A stretch of DNA of 64,000 bases, taken from assembly GCA_035264245.1 (NCBI GenBank), contig DATFQO010000049.1, positions 1,731-65,730 on the forward strand, written 5' to 3'. Shown one piece after another: positions 38,742-48,600 of this stretch; within the stretch, counting starts at the first letter, position 1; the number at the start of each line of letters is the position of its first letter. The notes beneath the pieces were generated by a model. The model had not been told where the DNA came from and searched no databases. It saw nothing but the letters and a program-made list of their open reading frames with translations. The position numbers and the translations under genes are program-made. The stretch is from Solirubrobacterales bacterium (lineage in GTDB: Bacteria; Actinomycetota; Thermoleophilia; Solirubrobacterales; 70-9).

Positions 38742-40425
38742 GCTTCGAGTCGACGATTCCCGACCCCAGGTAGGCGGTCGCGCGGAAAACGGTGCCGTCC
38801 GCCACGCCAGGGTAGTCCGCGGCCTTCGCGTTGAAGATCATTTCGGCCTGCGAGAGGATCCTCGAGGTGCGTGGATCGAAGATGTACTGGCGACCGAATC
38901 CGCGTTCCCTGAGCCAGGCGATCGCGTCGCCCCGGCGACCGGCGACATCGGCCACGTCGCGCTCGAACCCGATACCCGGTATTTCGGCAAGTGCCCTGAA
39001 GGCGGCCGCGCGCAGGGCCGGGCTGGCGAGCGGTTCGCCGAGGATTTCCAGGAGCCTTTCGACCGTCGCGCCGCCGCGGGGCGAGGTGGCCGGCGAGGGT
39101 TCGAGCGGCAAGTCCCCGCCCCGGCGGTGTTCCGCCGCCAGGCGCAGGGCTTCGGGCTCGGTTGGCAATTGGGAGAGCCTTGACATGTAGGTGAATTCGT
39201 GGCGGCCCCGAAACGCCATGGACGCGAAATCCTTCACCAGGCGCCCGGAGGCGTCGCGGCCCACGTCGTGTTCGCCGGGATCGAAGGCCCAGGGTGGGGG
39301 CGAGCCCGCCTCCTCCCAGCGGAGCTGGTCGTCCGCGGAGAGGAACTCGACCCCGCTCAGGGTTTCGCGCTCGCGGGTCTTCCCGTTCGAATCCGTCCAG
39401 ACCTGCTTCAGGGTCGACACCAGGGCGGGCATCGCACTGCTCTCGCCCAGCTGCCTGTCGGTGAAGTACCTCGGCTTCGTCTTGGACCCAGAAGGATTGC
39501 TGGGGTCCCAGGCTTCGAGGTGGGCCTCGATCGTCTTCACGTAGAGGAGCTCGCCGGGACCGGGCGGCGCCTCGACCTGGGGGTCGGATGCTTCGGCAAC
39601 GGAGGCGGCGCGGCGCAGATCGGCGGCGATGGCGGCATGGCCCAGGGACTTGTCGCCGCGCGGGATGTAGCCGGGGCCTCCTCCTGGGCTCAGCCCGAAG
39701 GGCCCGCCGCTGCCGCTGGGCAGCGCCGGTACCGGCTCGCAAGGTTCGGCCGGGCCTTCGGCGATTCCGAACTTCGCGATGCTCCCCCCTTCGGGGTCAC
39801 CGTCATAGGGAGCGGGAGATCCGGAGAGGACCACGCTCTGATCGCGGCGGAACTGCGCGGGGTCGAGGGTGACGTTCCCGGTCGCGGCGTAGAACTCCTC
39901 GCCGGAGATCTCCCCGCGGAAGTATCTCCGGCGCTGGGCACGGTACTCCTCGGTGCTCATCACCCCGATCGTCCAGACCTCCGGGCCGCCCCCGCTGAAC
40001 CCGCCGATTTTTCCGCCCAGGGCCGTTTTCACCTCCGACGGCGTGTAGTGCGGTTCGCGGCAGGTCATCCCGGCCGGCAGCCAGTTGACCTGCGACGGAA
40101 TCCCAGCGTCGGCCAGCGCCTCTTCCAGGCCCGCGGATTCTTCGAGGCTGTAGACCCTGATCGTCACCCCGCCGCCCTCCTGCGGTTCGACGGCAAAGGC
40201 CCTGGAGGAGTTGCCGCCGCCGGCGCTGACGATCAGCGCGACCGCGACGGCGACAAGGGCCACGACGCCGCCCAGCGCCAGGCGCGGTCCGCGCCGGCGC
40301 AAGGCGGTCGCGGGCCGGCGGGGTACCTCGTCAGCGCGGACCGCCTCGACGAGCGCCGCCCGGCGCGCCTTCAGGGTCGCGTCGTCGGGCAGGAGAGGTG
40401 AAAGGTCTGGCTTGGGCTTGGTCAC
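38722..40425 (-). CDS. single-pass membrane protein, probable ECF anti-sigma partner with large extracytoplasmic domain
   Basis: GTG at 40425 forms a GTGA overlap with the sigma-factor stop. Short cytoplasmic N-terminus, TM LALGGVVALVAVAVALIV, and a ~480-aa outside domain. Confidence 0.7.
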   Translation of the reverse strand: MTKPKPDLSPLLPDDATLKARRAALVEAVRADEVPRRPATALRRRGPRLALGGVVALVAVAVALIVSAGGGNSSRAFAVEPQEGGGVTIRVYSLEESAGLEEALADAGIPSQVNWLPAGMTCREPHYTPSEVKTALGGKIGGFSGGGPEVWTIGVMSTEEYRAQRRRYFRGEISGEEFYAATGNVTLDPAQFRRDQSVVLSGSPAPYDGDPEGGSIAKFGIAEGPAEPCEPVPALPSGSGGPFGLSPGGGPGYIPRGDKSLGHAAIAADLRRAASVAEASDPQVEAPPGPGELLYVKTIEAHLEAWDPSNPSGSKTKPRYFTDRQLGESSAMPALVSTLKQVWTDSNGKTRERETLSGVEFLSADDQLRWEEAGSPPPWAFDPGEHDVGRDASGRLVKDFASMAFRGRHEFTYMSRLSQLPTEPEALRLAAEHRRGGDLPLEPSPATSPRGGATVERLLEILGEPLASPALRAAAFRALAEIPGIGFERDVADVAGRRGDAIAWLRERGFGRQYIFDPRTSRILSQAEMIFNAKAADYPGVADGTVFRATAYLGSGIVDSKHERPAR

Positions 40426-41000
40426 AGGACTTCCTCCGCGGGTCTGGTCTCCGTCGGGGCGGGAAAGGCATCGCCGAGGCGGGTCCGGGCGCGGGCGAGG
40501 CGGGAGCGCACCGTGCCGATCGGCAGGCCAAGGGCTGCGGCGATCTCGCCATACGACAGATCGCTCCATGCGAGCAGGGCGAGCACCTCACGCTCACGCT
40601 TCGGCAACCCGCGGATCGCCGCGCCACCCGCGCGCAGCTGGTGGATCGCGTCGATCCGGGCGATCGCCTCGTCCTCGAGGTCGGTGGGATTCTGGCCGGC
40701 GTTTCGCACCCGCTCGAGCGTGTCTCGATAGCGTCGCTGGCTCCGCCACTGGCGGCGGACGACGTTGTTGGCGATCCCCAGCAGCAGCGGCGCGGCGCTG
40801 TCGGTGCTCAGGGTCAGGCGCTGTCGCTTTCGCCAGGCTTCGAGAAAGACGGTCGCCGTGGCGTCCTCGGCGGCGAGGACATCAGCTGTGCGCCAGAGGC
40901 AATAGGAATGGACCGCGCGCGCGTGGCGCTCGTAGAGGTCGCCGAACGCCTCGGCGTCGCCGGACCGAGTGCGCTCCCATAGCTGCGAGTCGTCTGCCAT
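40422..41000 (-). CDS. ECF (group 4) RNA polymerase sigma factor
   Basis: 192 aa. Region 2 (FGDLYERHARAVHSYCLWR) and region 4 (REVLALLAWSDLSYGEIAAALGLPIGTVRSRLARAR). Confidence 0.9.
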   Translation of the reverse strand: MADDSQLWERTRSGDAEAFGDLYERHARAVHSYCLWRTADVLAAEDATATVFLEAWRKRQRLTLSTDSAAPLLLGIANNVVRRQWRSQRRYRDTLERVRNAGQNPTDLEDEAIARIDAIHQLRAGGAAIRGLPKREREVLALLAWSDLSYGEIAAALGLPIGTVRSRLARARTRLGDAFPAPTETRPAEEVL

Positions 41001-41065
41001 TACGTCTACATGCCCGCGAGCGGCGAATCGGTTCCCATTTCAGTCTGGTGCAACACCATCCACGT

Positions 41066-42109
41066 TCAGCGGGGACCCCGTACGAGCTCACATCGCCCAT
41101 CGCGCAGGACGTCCTTCCGGTCGGCCACCGCTTCGTCCGCGCCCGTGCCACAGCTGATCGCATCGGCGCCTCCGCGGCGGGCGTCGATGTAGTCGTCGCC
41201 GGAGCCGCCGGAATAGGAGTCGGGCGGAATGTCGGGCCGCTCGGCTGAACGTCCTTGGCCGTAGATGAAGTCGGCGCCCGGCCCGCCGACCGTGAGGTCG
41301 GAGCCGGCGCTTGGATAGAGGAAGTCGCGCCCGCCGCGGCCAAAAAGGCGGTCGGGCCCCACGCCACCCTCCAAATGGTCTTCCCGTTCGGTGCCGAGCA
41401 ATGCGTCCTTGCCGTCGTCGCCCGCGAGGAGCAGGGAGCGGACCAGGCCGCGATGACCGTCGAAGCTCCGAGCGTCGAGCACATCGCCCCCGCCCCCGCC
41501 ATGAAGCTTCAATTCAACCGTTTGCGGCGGCGCGCTGAGGATCAGATCGGGGTCCAGCGCGTCGCCCTCGGGCCAGGACCCGAGGCTCACCGCCAGGCGG
41601 CCACCGACGCCGTCGACGCGGATGCTGTCACGCCCGTCGCCGGCGAGAATCTGTACGTGGGGGCGGGCCTGCGGCTGTGGCGGCAGGACCACTTCGACCT
41701 CGATCTCCGAGTCGACGGCCTCCGGGCTCGCCCCGGGTCCCAGCGGGCCCTCCCGCTCGTCGAGGAGAATCTGGTGTTCCCGCCGCAGCGGCAACGGGAC
41801 TCCCCGGTACACGACCCGGTCGATGTTCGTCACCGTCGCCTCCTGACCGCAGGTCACCGGCTCGAAGTCGCGGGGCCCGTTGCCGGCGCTGGTGCCGACG
41901 AGGATCAGGTTCCCCTCGCGCCGAACCTGAGCGTTGTCGTTGCCCGTGACCTCGAGGAAGTTGCCGGCCGCCCCCGGTGGCCCGCCGTCGACGTATTCGC
42001 AGTCGAGCCAACGCGGCTCTGCCCGCGCCGAGACCGGCATAAGGGCCAGGGCAAGAAGGGCAACCAAAGGGGCGAACAACAGGGATTGGGTGCGGAGATT
42101 CCGTTGCAT
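41066..42109 (-). CDS. secreted calcium-binding protein with RTX/hemolysin-type repeats
   Basis: Signal peptide from MQRNLRTQSLLFAPLVALLALALMPVSARA. C-terminal nonapeptide-like repeats (GGGGGDVLDA, GDDGKDALLG, GGVGPDRLFG, GGPGADFIYG, GGSGDDYIDA). Confidence 0.7.
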   Translation of the reverse strand: MQRNLRTQSLLFAPLVALLALALMPVSARAEPRWLDCEYVDGGPPGAAGNFLEVTGNDNAQVRREGNLILVGTSAGNGPRDFEPVTCGQEATVTNIDRVVYRGVPLPLRREHQILLDEREGPLGPGASPEAVDSEIEVEVVLPPQPQARPHVQILAGDGRDSIRVDGVGGRLAVSLGSWPEGDALDPDLILSAPPQTVELKLHGGGGGDVLDARSFDGHRGLVRSLLLAGDDGKDALLGTEREDHLEGGVGPDRLFGRGGRDFLYPSAGSDLTVGGPGADFIYGQGRSAERPDIPPDSYSGGSGDDYIDARRGGADAISCGTGADEAVADRKDVLRDGRCELVRGPR

Positions 42110-42172
42110 TTCATTCACGGTGACAAGAAAAGGTGACCCGAATCGAGCCAAGATTGGCCCGAAGCAGCCAGC

Positions 42173-42730
42173 TCAGACGAGCACCAGCTCGCAGTAGCTG
42201 CCGGCGACGAGGTCGTCGTCCCCCACTCCAAGAGCGTTCCGCAGCTCCCCGAGAACCTTTTCGCGGCCGGCTCGGTCGCCGCCGGCCGGATCCGCCAAGG
42301 CCTCCAGCTCGATGAAGCGACCCAATCCCTCCACCCGGTCGAGGTGGATCCGGACTCCGTCATAGAGGAAGAGGCGCCTGGTTTTCCGTACCTCCACCAC
42401 GACTCCCAAGGCGGCGGACAGAGCAGCCTCGAGTTCGGCCGCCGCAATCACCGGCATGACGCGATAGCGACTCGCCTTTACTCCCTGGTCGTCGGGGCGC
42501 TCGTAAGCGATCAGCTGAGCGATGCCGTCGTTCTCATATCGCAGCTTGAGGCGGCCGTGGGGGACGCTGAAATAGACGTCCCGCTGCCGCAGAACCCCTC
42601 CCCCCTCGGCACCGAGCTCTTCGCATGCCCGCACGGTGCGCTCAGGCGCGGAATCCCGCGCCTTCAGCTCCAGATTGAGACTCTCGTCCACGGACTGCAG
42701 GCTAACACCCGCGCAAAAGGTTAAAACCAT
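42173..42730 (-). CDS. CYTH domain protein / class IV adenylate cyclase (CyaB-like)
   Basis: LELKAR ... QRDVYF ..GRLKLR .. LIAYERPD ... KTRRLFLYDGVRIHLDRVEGLGRFIELEA. The start is uncertain (ATG 42730 or GTG 42691). Confidence 0.8.
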   Translation of the reverse strand: MVLTFCAGVSLQSVDESLNLELKARDSAPERTVRACEELGAEGGGVLRQRDVYFSVPHGRLKLRYENDGIAQLIAYERPDDQGVKASRYRVMPVIAAAELEAALSAALGVVVEVRKTRRLFLYDGVRIHLDRVEGLGRFIELEALADPAGGDRAGREKVLGELRNALGVGDDDLVAGSYCELVLV

Positions 42731-42977
42731 TCATCTGTCTATAAAGAACCATGCACACTTTCGATCTAGATCGCTCCGAGGCCGAATCGAGCTTCCGCTG
42801 CCGGCTTGATTCGCGGCCCTGCGCCACTTGCCGCTCGCCGCGCGGCTACCTCGTCCGCCCCGGCCGCCACGCCTTCCGGCTCCACGCACCGACACAGCTG
42901 GAAACCGAGATTCCACTCCCGCTGCCTTCCACTTCAGGGTTCGCCGGGCAGCCTGAGTGCTGACAGCGTCTGGTGAC

Positions 42978-44009
42978 TTACGCAGCGCTCCTGCTTCGCC
43001 ACATTTTCATGAAGTAGAAGCCGCTTATCAGCACGGCAGCCGCCCACAGGAGGGTCAGCCATACACCCGGCAGCCCAGACCGCCCCTCATCCGGAGATGC
43101 GACTTCCCCATTCAGGATCGCCACCGGTTGATTGGCGTTGGCCGCGAGGGCCTGAAGTTCGAGCTTGAACTCTCCGGTCTTCTTGCCGACGACGCGGAAT
43201 ATGCCGCTCCTCCTTCCAGTCAGGTCACCGAACCAAATCGTTCGTCGACCGACGATCCGGAATTCGTCCCCTGGTATCAATATCTCGACCCCAACCCCGT
43301 GCGCCGGGGCGTCGCCGATGTTCTCGAGATCGAAGCCGACCTCGAACTCCTGGCCGACTCTGGGCACCTGCTCCGGCTCGTCAGGCTCCAGCGCAAGTTG
43401 CGCGCGATAGGTATCGCTTACCTCGAGGCCCGAGCTCGGCAAAACGACGGCTCGATCGAGCTTGATACCGCCGATCTTCTGCAGCACGAACTGCAACCGC
43501 GTCCTCCCCGGCTTGACTCCGCAAAAGGGAAGGTAATTGGAGAACTTCAGACGCTGGGTCCGATCCTTCACCCTTCGACTGCGGATGCCGTGGATCAACT
43601 CCGTGGTGTTCCAGCTGATGATCGGAGTCCGTCCGGGTCGCCGCCGGACATGCACGTTCATCTGCGCACTGGGGCATCCGTTCGTGATGCCGCTGATAAC
43701 CGCCACCCCACTACCGCTGAATCGGCTCACCTCCAAGAGCAGGTTCATATGGATGAGATAGGACAATGATCGGGGGGACGGCTGCCGCGGCTGACTGGCG
43801 GCCGGCGGGAAGGCCACCGGAACCGATCGTCGCCCGACCTTCCCCTCCACCGGCAGGCGAAGCCCGGTCGCACCGAGCTCCGGGAGCGTCCAGCTGCCCT
43901 GCCCGTGCAGTACGACCGGGCTGTCTTGCTCACCAGCCGCGGCTGGGGCAGCCGCCAGCGAGCCGGCAACCGCCACGGCAACCGCCAAAGCCAAACCAGC
44001 AGGCTTCAC
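42978..44009 (-). CDS. membrane-anchored surface protein with CARDB-like domain
   Basis: Signal peptide MKPAGLALAVAVAVAGSLAAAPAAA. CARDB-like segment VGQEFEVGFDLENIGDAPAHGVGVEILIP. C-terminal TM WLTLLWAAAVLISGFYF plus basic tail. Last gene of the giant-protein operon. Confidence 0.6.
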   Translation of the reverse strand: MKPAGLALAVAVAVAGSLAAAPAAAGEQDSPVVLHGQGSWTLPELGATGLRLPVEGKVGRRSVPVAFPPAASQPRQPSPRSLSYLIHMNLLLEVSRFSGSGVAVISGITNGCPSAQMNVHVRRRPGRTPIISWNTTELIHGIRSRRVKDRTQRLKFSNYLPFCGVKPGRTRLQFVLQKIGGIKLDRAVVLPSSGLEVSDTYRAQLALEPDEPEQVPRVGQEFEVGFDLENIGDAPAHGVGVEILIPGDEFRIVGRRTIWFGDLTGRRSGIFRVVGKKTGEFKLELQALAANANQPVAILNGEVASPDEGRSGLPGVWLTLLWAAAVLISGFYFMKMWRSRSAA

Positions 44010-44037
44010 CGAGGGTTCGTCGCCCTAGGGTCGGGCA

Positions 44038-45669
44038 TCACGGGTTGTACGTGTACCCAAGTGACATCTCCGTCGTCTGACCTTCGCAATTAGATTGGGC
44101 GGAGACGAAATGTCCGCCCGGATACCAGCAGCGGTAGATCTGAAGCGTGGGGACCCCGGGAGGGGGAGAATCGTAGGCGTACCCCTCTAGCGCGAGGTAC
44201 TCCTGCCCCTCGCAATTACGATTAAGACTGATGAAGTGATCTCGGGCGCTGGCGTTGTGCCTGCACGAATAAAGCGGGTGGCGATTCGCCGCATAACCCT
44301 GAACCAGCTGCCCCATGAAGCCCTCGAGGGTGGCCCCGGCTGGACCTCGGCCAGTCGTCACATGATGGTCGACTCCTCCGCCGAGGTATCGTCGGAGTGG
44401 GCCGGAGCCCTTCAGGTATCCCAGGGACCCCCGGATCGGATAGCTTTCGCACGTCGTGCTCTCGAAGATCTCATTGCCTATCCGGCAGCTTTTCAACGGA
44501 GTGGAAGCGGCCACGCTCTGCGACGTGTAAATGTAACCTACGATCCCATCATTGTCACCAGGGTCGCAACTCACGTCCCGAGAGAGGAAGTGTTCAGTTG
44601 CGTTCTCCTCACATTCGTAAAGTGGTGCGGTCCCGGGTACGAGACTCGTCTCAAGGAATCCGAGCGTCCCCTCGACGACGTCGTAGGTGGAATCAGCTTT
44701 TCCCGTGGTGACCCAGTGGTCCCCACTCCCCCCTCCTTCGTGGTAGTTGTAGTAGCGCGTCAACGCCGCGGAGGGATAGGGGTTGAATGGTTCCCCAGGA
44801 GGGACGGTGCTGGCGCTGGCAGCTGCATTGAGGACGATCCGACTCGCCCTACCGTCGCTCAGCCAGATGTGATTACCATCCGTACGGCCCGTCAATCCGG
44901 TGCCCTCAACGGGGAACCCATCTCCAACCTCACGATTTGCCATCCACACCTTGTCAGAGTAGACGGCCCTGACTCCTGAAGATAGCTGGCGGGCCTTTGC
45001 TACAACCCAGTTCTCGACCCTCTCGCTGTTGCCGAACCATTGGAACCCGTGGTTGTAGTGGAAAGTGTGGCCGGCTACCGTCCACTGACACTCATTGTGG
45101 TCCTCGTGCGAGGTCGCAAATACGTAGTAGGTCCACTGCGGCGAATACATTGAGTCTGCGCGTGCTCCGCGATAGTCGAGGGGCTCTCGTGGAGCATAGA
45201 TACGGATATGGTGGGTTCCTTTGTTTGGGCCTGTCCCAATATGAAGGTCATCCTTGGCGCTGCACCCGTAATCCTTCATTCCCTTGTCGGTGTCGCAGAA
45301 CCCATGGGTGCTGTCGGACGCACAGCCGGTCATCGGGCTACGCGACTGCTTCCAAATGAAATCCGGGATCGGCTCGTCGTTCGTCTGGGAAATGTGGTGC
45401 GGAAAGAACGGGCTGAAAACGCTGTTGACGATCGGAACCGATGCTCCGTTCGTGAAGAAGAGATTGACAGGCCAATCGTATTCCTTGATCTCCCCATCTT
45501 CGAGCTTGTAATCGTAGTTGAGGATTCTGTCCTCTCGAATCGGCTGGTAGCCCGGGAAATTGTTAGGCGTTGCCGCAGTTACCTGGCGCAACCCAACAGC
45601 AACCGGCAGGCTCGCCACCAGCACGAACAAGACGACACCGACCAGAGTGAGTCTTGCGTTCTGGCTCAT
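44038..45669 (-). CDS. secreted protein: His-rich N-terminal domain of unknown fold plus five Cys-containing DUF5648-like repeats
   Basis: ATG at 45669 overlaps the upstream stop (TGATG). Signal/anchor LTLVGVVLFVLVASLPVAVG. C-terminal repeats of type PLY.C......DHF.S....CEG......GY.Y. Confidence 0.65.
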   Translation of the reverse strand: MSQNARLTLVGVVLFVLVASLPVAVGLRQVTAATPNNFPGYQPIREDRILNYDYKLEDGEIKEYDWPVNLFFTNGASVPIVNSVFSPFFPHHISQTNDEPIPDFIWKQSRSPMTGCASDSTHGFCDTDKGMKDYGCSAKDDLHIGTGPNKGTHHIRIYAPREPLDYRGARADSMYSPQWTYYVFATSHEDHNECQWTVAGHTFHYNHGFQWFGNSERVENWVVAKARQLSSGVRAVYSDKVWMANREVGDGFPVEGTGLTGRTDGNHIWLSDGRASRIVLNAAASASTVPPGEPFNPYPSAALTRYYNYHEGGGSGDHWVTTGKADSTYDVVEGTLGFLETSLVPGTAPLYECEENATEHFLSRDVSCDPGDNDGIVGYIYTSQSVAASTPLKSCRIGNEIFESTTCESYPIRGSLGYLKGSGPLRRYLGGGVDHHVTTGRGPAGATLEGFMGQLVQGYAANRHPLYSCRHNASARDHFISLNRNCEGQEYLALEGYAYDSPPPGVPTLQIYRCWYPGGHFVSAQSNCEGQTTEMSLGYTYNP

Positions 45670-48600
45670 CAGTATTCCCATCCATTCGGGTCGATTTCGA
45701 ATCCTTCGAGGGTTTCGGGGCTATAAGTGACTTCGCCGGCTTCGTCGGCGACCGGTTCGATCATCACTACTTCGCCGCCGACAAGATTGCCGTTAACGTC
45801 GGTTTCCGCATCCAGCTGCACGATCAGGGTCGTCACCTCGGTGGCCGCAGCTTTCATTTCTGCTTCCAGGTACGTGCCCTCCGCGTAGTAGCTCGGATCC
45901 TCCAAGTCATAGCCAATCACGGGCCATACCCTGTCCTCCCAGTCATGGGGGGTGACCATCGCCACCGTTGCGGTGACACCCACTAGGTTGGTCGTTTGAG
46001 TGGCCGTCGTCTCCGTCCAGGGCCCAACGGTCATCGCGTAGTTGTCACCCTGGATCGCCGACTGGAAGGCTGGGTCGGCCGCGATCAGCGTCTGCGCTTC
46101 TTCAACCTGTTCTTCGGTCAGTGTGGGCGCTGGATCGGTGAGCTCCAAGGCCGGCTCTCCGCTCTCCGGCGTGGCCGAAATGTCCGGCGTGCTGAGCGCC
46201 AAGTCGGTCTGCGTGCCGGAATCGAAGCTCGTGCCGACGGCCGCGCAGTCCGCTGCCGCTGGACATGAAATCGCACTCAGCTTGCTGTTAGGGGTGCTGA
46301 TGCCGTTAGCTCGGTTAGGGGTCGGCTCCACGTACCAGCCTGTTCCGTTCCAGCTCATCGCCAGCGTGTGGAAACCAGAAGCTTCTTTCGCTTGGTAATG
46401 CCCCACCGCCACACACCGGCCCTGGCCGAAGCAGGAAACATCGCTGAGGTAGGTGGCCGTTGCGTTTTCAGGAGCTGGGATGGCCAATTGGTTCCAGCTG
46501 GTTCCGTTCCAACTCACCGACAACGGGTAGGAAGACACCCCGATCGTGTATTGACCGACCGCTTTGCAGCTGGTGTTGGACTGACAGTCCACCCCCATCA
46601 CTTCGGTCCCGGCACTCGCCGGCGCATCCGCTACCGTCACCACGGACCAGACAGTCCCGTTCCATCGCTCGCCCAGTGGCCGCTTTACCCCGCTGGCGTC
46701 CTTGTAGGTGCCGACCGCCATACAGCTGTTCGAGGCCGGACAGGACACGTCTTCCAACCAGGCCTGGGTCGCACCGGCCGGAAGTGGGGCAGTCTGCGTG
46801 GACCACGACGTGCCATTCCAGACCTCGATCAGGACTACGGCTTTGGAGGCGCTCGTGTATCTGCCTACAGCTACGCAGCTGTTGCTCGACGGGCATGACA
46901 GCCCAGCGAGAGAATGCGCACTTCCCGTGGGGTTCGGCGTGGGCAGTACGGACCACTGGATCCCATCCCAACGCTCTGCCAACGTGCCCGCGGCCTGAGA
47001 TCCGACGGCAGTGCAGGAGCTCAGGCTCGCGCATGCGACGTCGAGGAGCGAGCCTTCCCGAACACCGGGCATCGCCTGTGCCGTCCAGCCGGAGTCTTCG
47101 AGCTGCCACGCCACCTCCGTTCGATCCGCTAGGCCGGATTCGATCCTGCCCACGGCCATGCAGCCCGCCTGAAGGCAGGTGATTCCTGCAAGGCCTGACA
47201 TCTCCCCTCGGTTGTCAAGCTCGGCGCCCCAGATCTGAACCAGGGCTCGTTTCTGGACTTTTTCGTCGCTGAAGTTGCCCACCGCCAAACAGGGCGAGGT
47301 GGAGCCCCCGTAGGTTCCGCAAGAGACGCCCTGCGGACTCGCCCCGCTGAATGGGTACGGTTCCTCGACCGTGCTATTGGCCCACGCCGTCCCGTTCCAC
47401 GCCTGAATCAGCTCCGTGAGCGGGATGCCAGACACCTGGGACACGCCGACTGCCACGCAGGACGTGGATGACGTGCAGGTGACGTCCCTCAGTTCACTTC
47501 CGTATCCGCTGAGACCGTTCGGAGTGCCTACGGTCGTCCACACCGTCCCGTTCCAGATCACTCCGCGCGTTTTTCGTTCCGTGCTGATCGTGTCGTAGCC
47601 GACTGCGGCGCACCAAGTCGTAGACGTACAGGCGACACCTGTGAGGGCGCTTCCTTTCGATTCGCTGTTGATCGGAATAGCCACCGCCGACCAGGAAGTC
47701 CCATTCCATTTCATCGCGAGGTTCTTGGCGGTGGATTCCGTATAGGTGCCAGTCGCCATACAGAAGTTTGTTGCGGTACAGGAGACGGCTTGGAGTTCGC
47801 TGGGAACCGTGCTACCGCCAGGGGCCGGAGTCGCCACAACGGACCACGCCGATCCATTCCAGCTCATCGCGAGGGTCTTTTTCACGCCGGAAAGGGTGTA
47901 ATCGCCGACCGCGGTGCAGGAAATGGCGGAGACACAAGCCACTCCCGTCAGCTCGCTTGCCGTCGCCCCTGCCGGCGAGGGCACTGAAGCGATGGACCAC
48001 GCCGTACCGTTCCATTCCATCGCCAGTGATTTCTTTACACCCGAAGAGGTGTAATTACCAACGGCCGTGCAGCCGGTCGCGCTTGAACAATGGACGTCCA
48101 CCAGCTCGGTTGCTGACGCACCGGCGGGTTTGGGGGTGCTGGCAATGGTCCAGTCGCCGGGGTACCCCGTTGCGGAAAACGGCCCAGCCGCCCCCGATAC
48201 GGTGGCCTTACCCACCGCCACGCAGCTCGCGGAAGCGAAGCAGAAGACATCACGCAGTTCGCCGCTGGATGCCCCGCTTGGTTCGGCTGAGGAATCGACA
48301 GCCCAGGTTGCGCCCGACCAATTCGCCACGATGACCCGGCGGGTCGCCCAGTTGTCGAGGTGATCGCCGATTGCCATGCAGCCAGTTCCCGAGAGACAGG
48401 CGATCGATCGCAGGCTCCATTCATCGGTTTTTGCAGGCTCGGGAGCCCGGCCCAGAGTCCAAGCTCCACCGGTGCCGTTGAGCACCAGTCCCTGACGGTG
48501 CCCGGCCTCGTCGGCGTACTCCCCTACCGCAACGCAGGCGGAGGGGGAGATGCAGTCGACCCCGAAGAGCTTCGTCCACCGCGATTCGCCCGGACTCGGC

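Noticed and set aside
42957-43769. 270-aa plus-strand ORF opposite the 343-aa gene
   Set aside because: The minus-strand ORF has a signal peptide, a CARDB-like segment, a C-terminal TM anchor and operon context. The plus-strand ORF has none of these.
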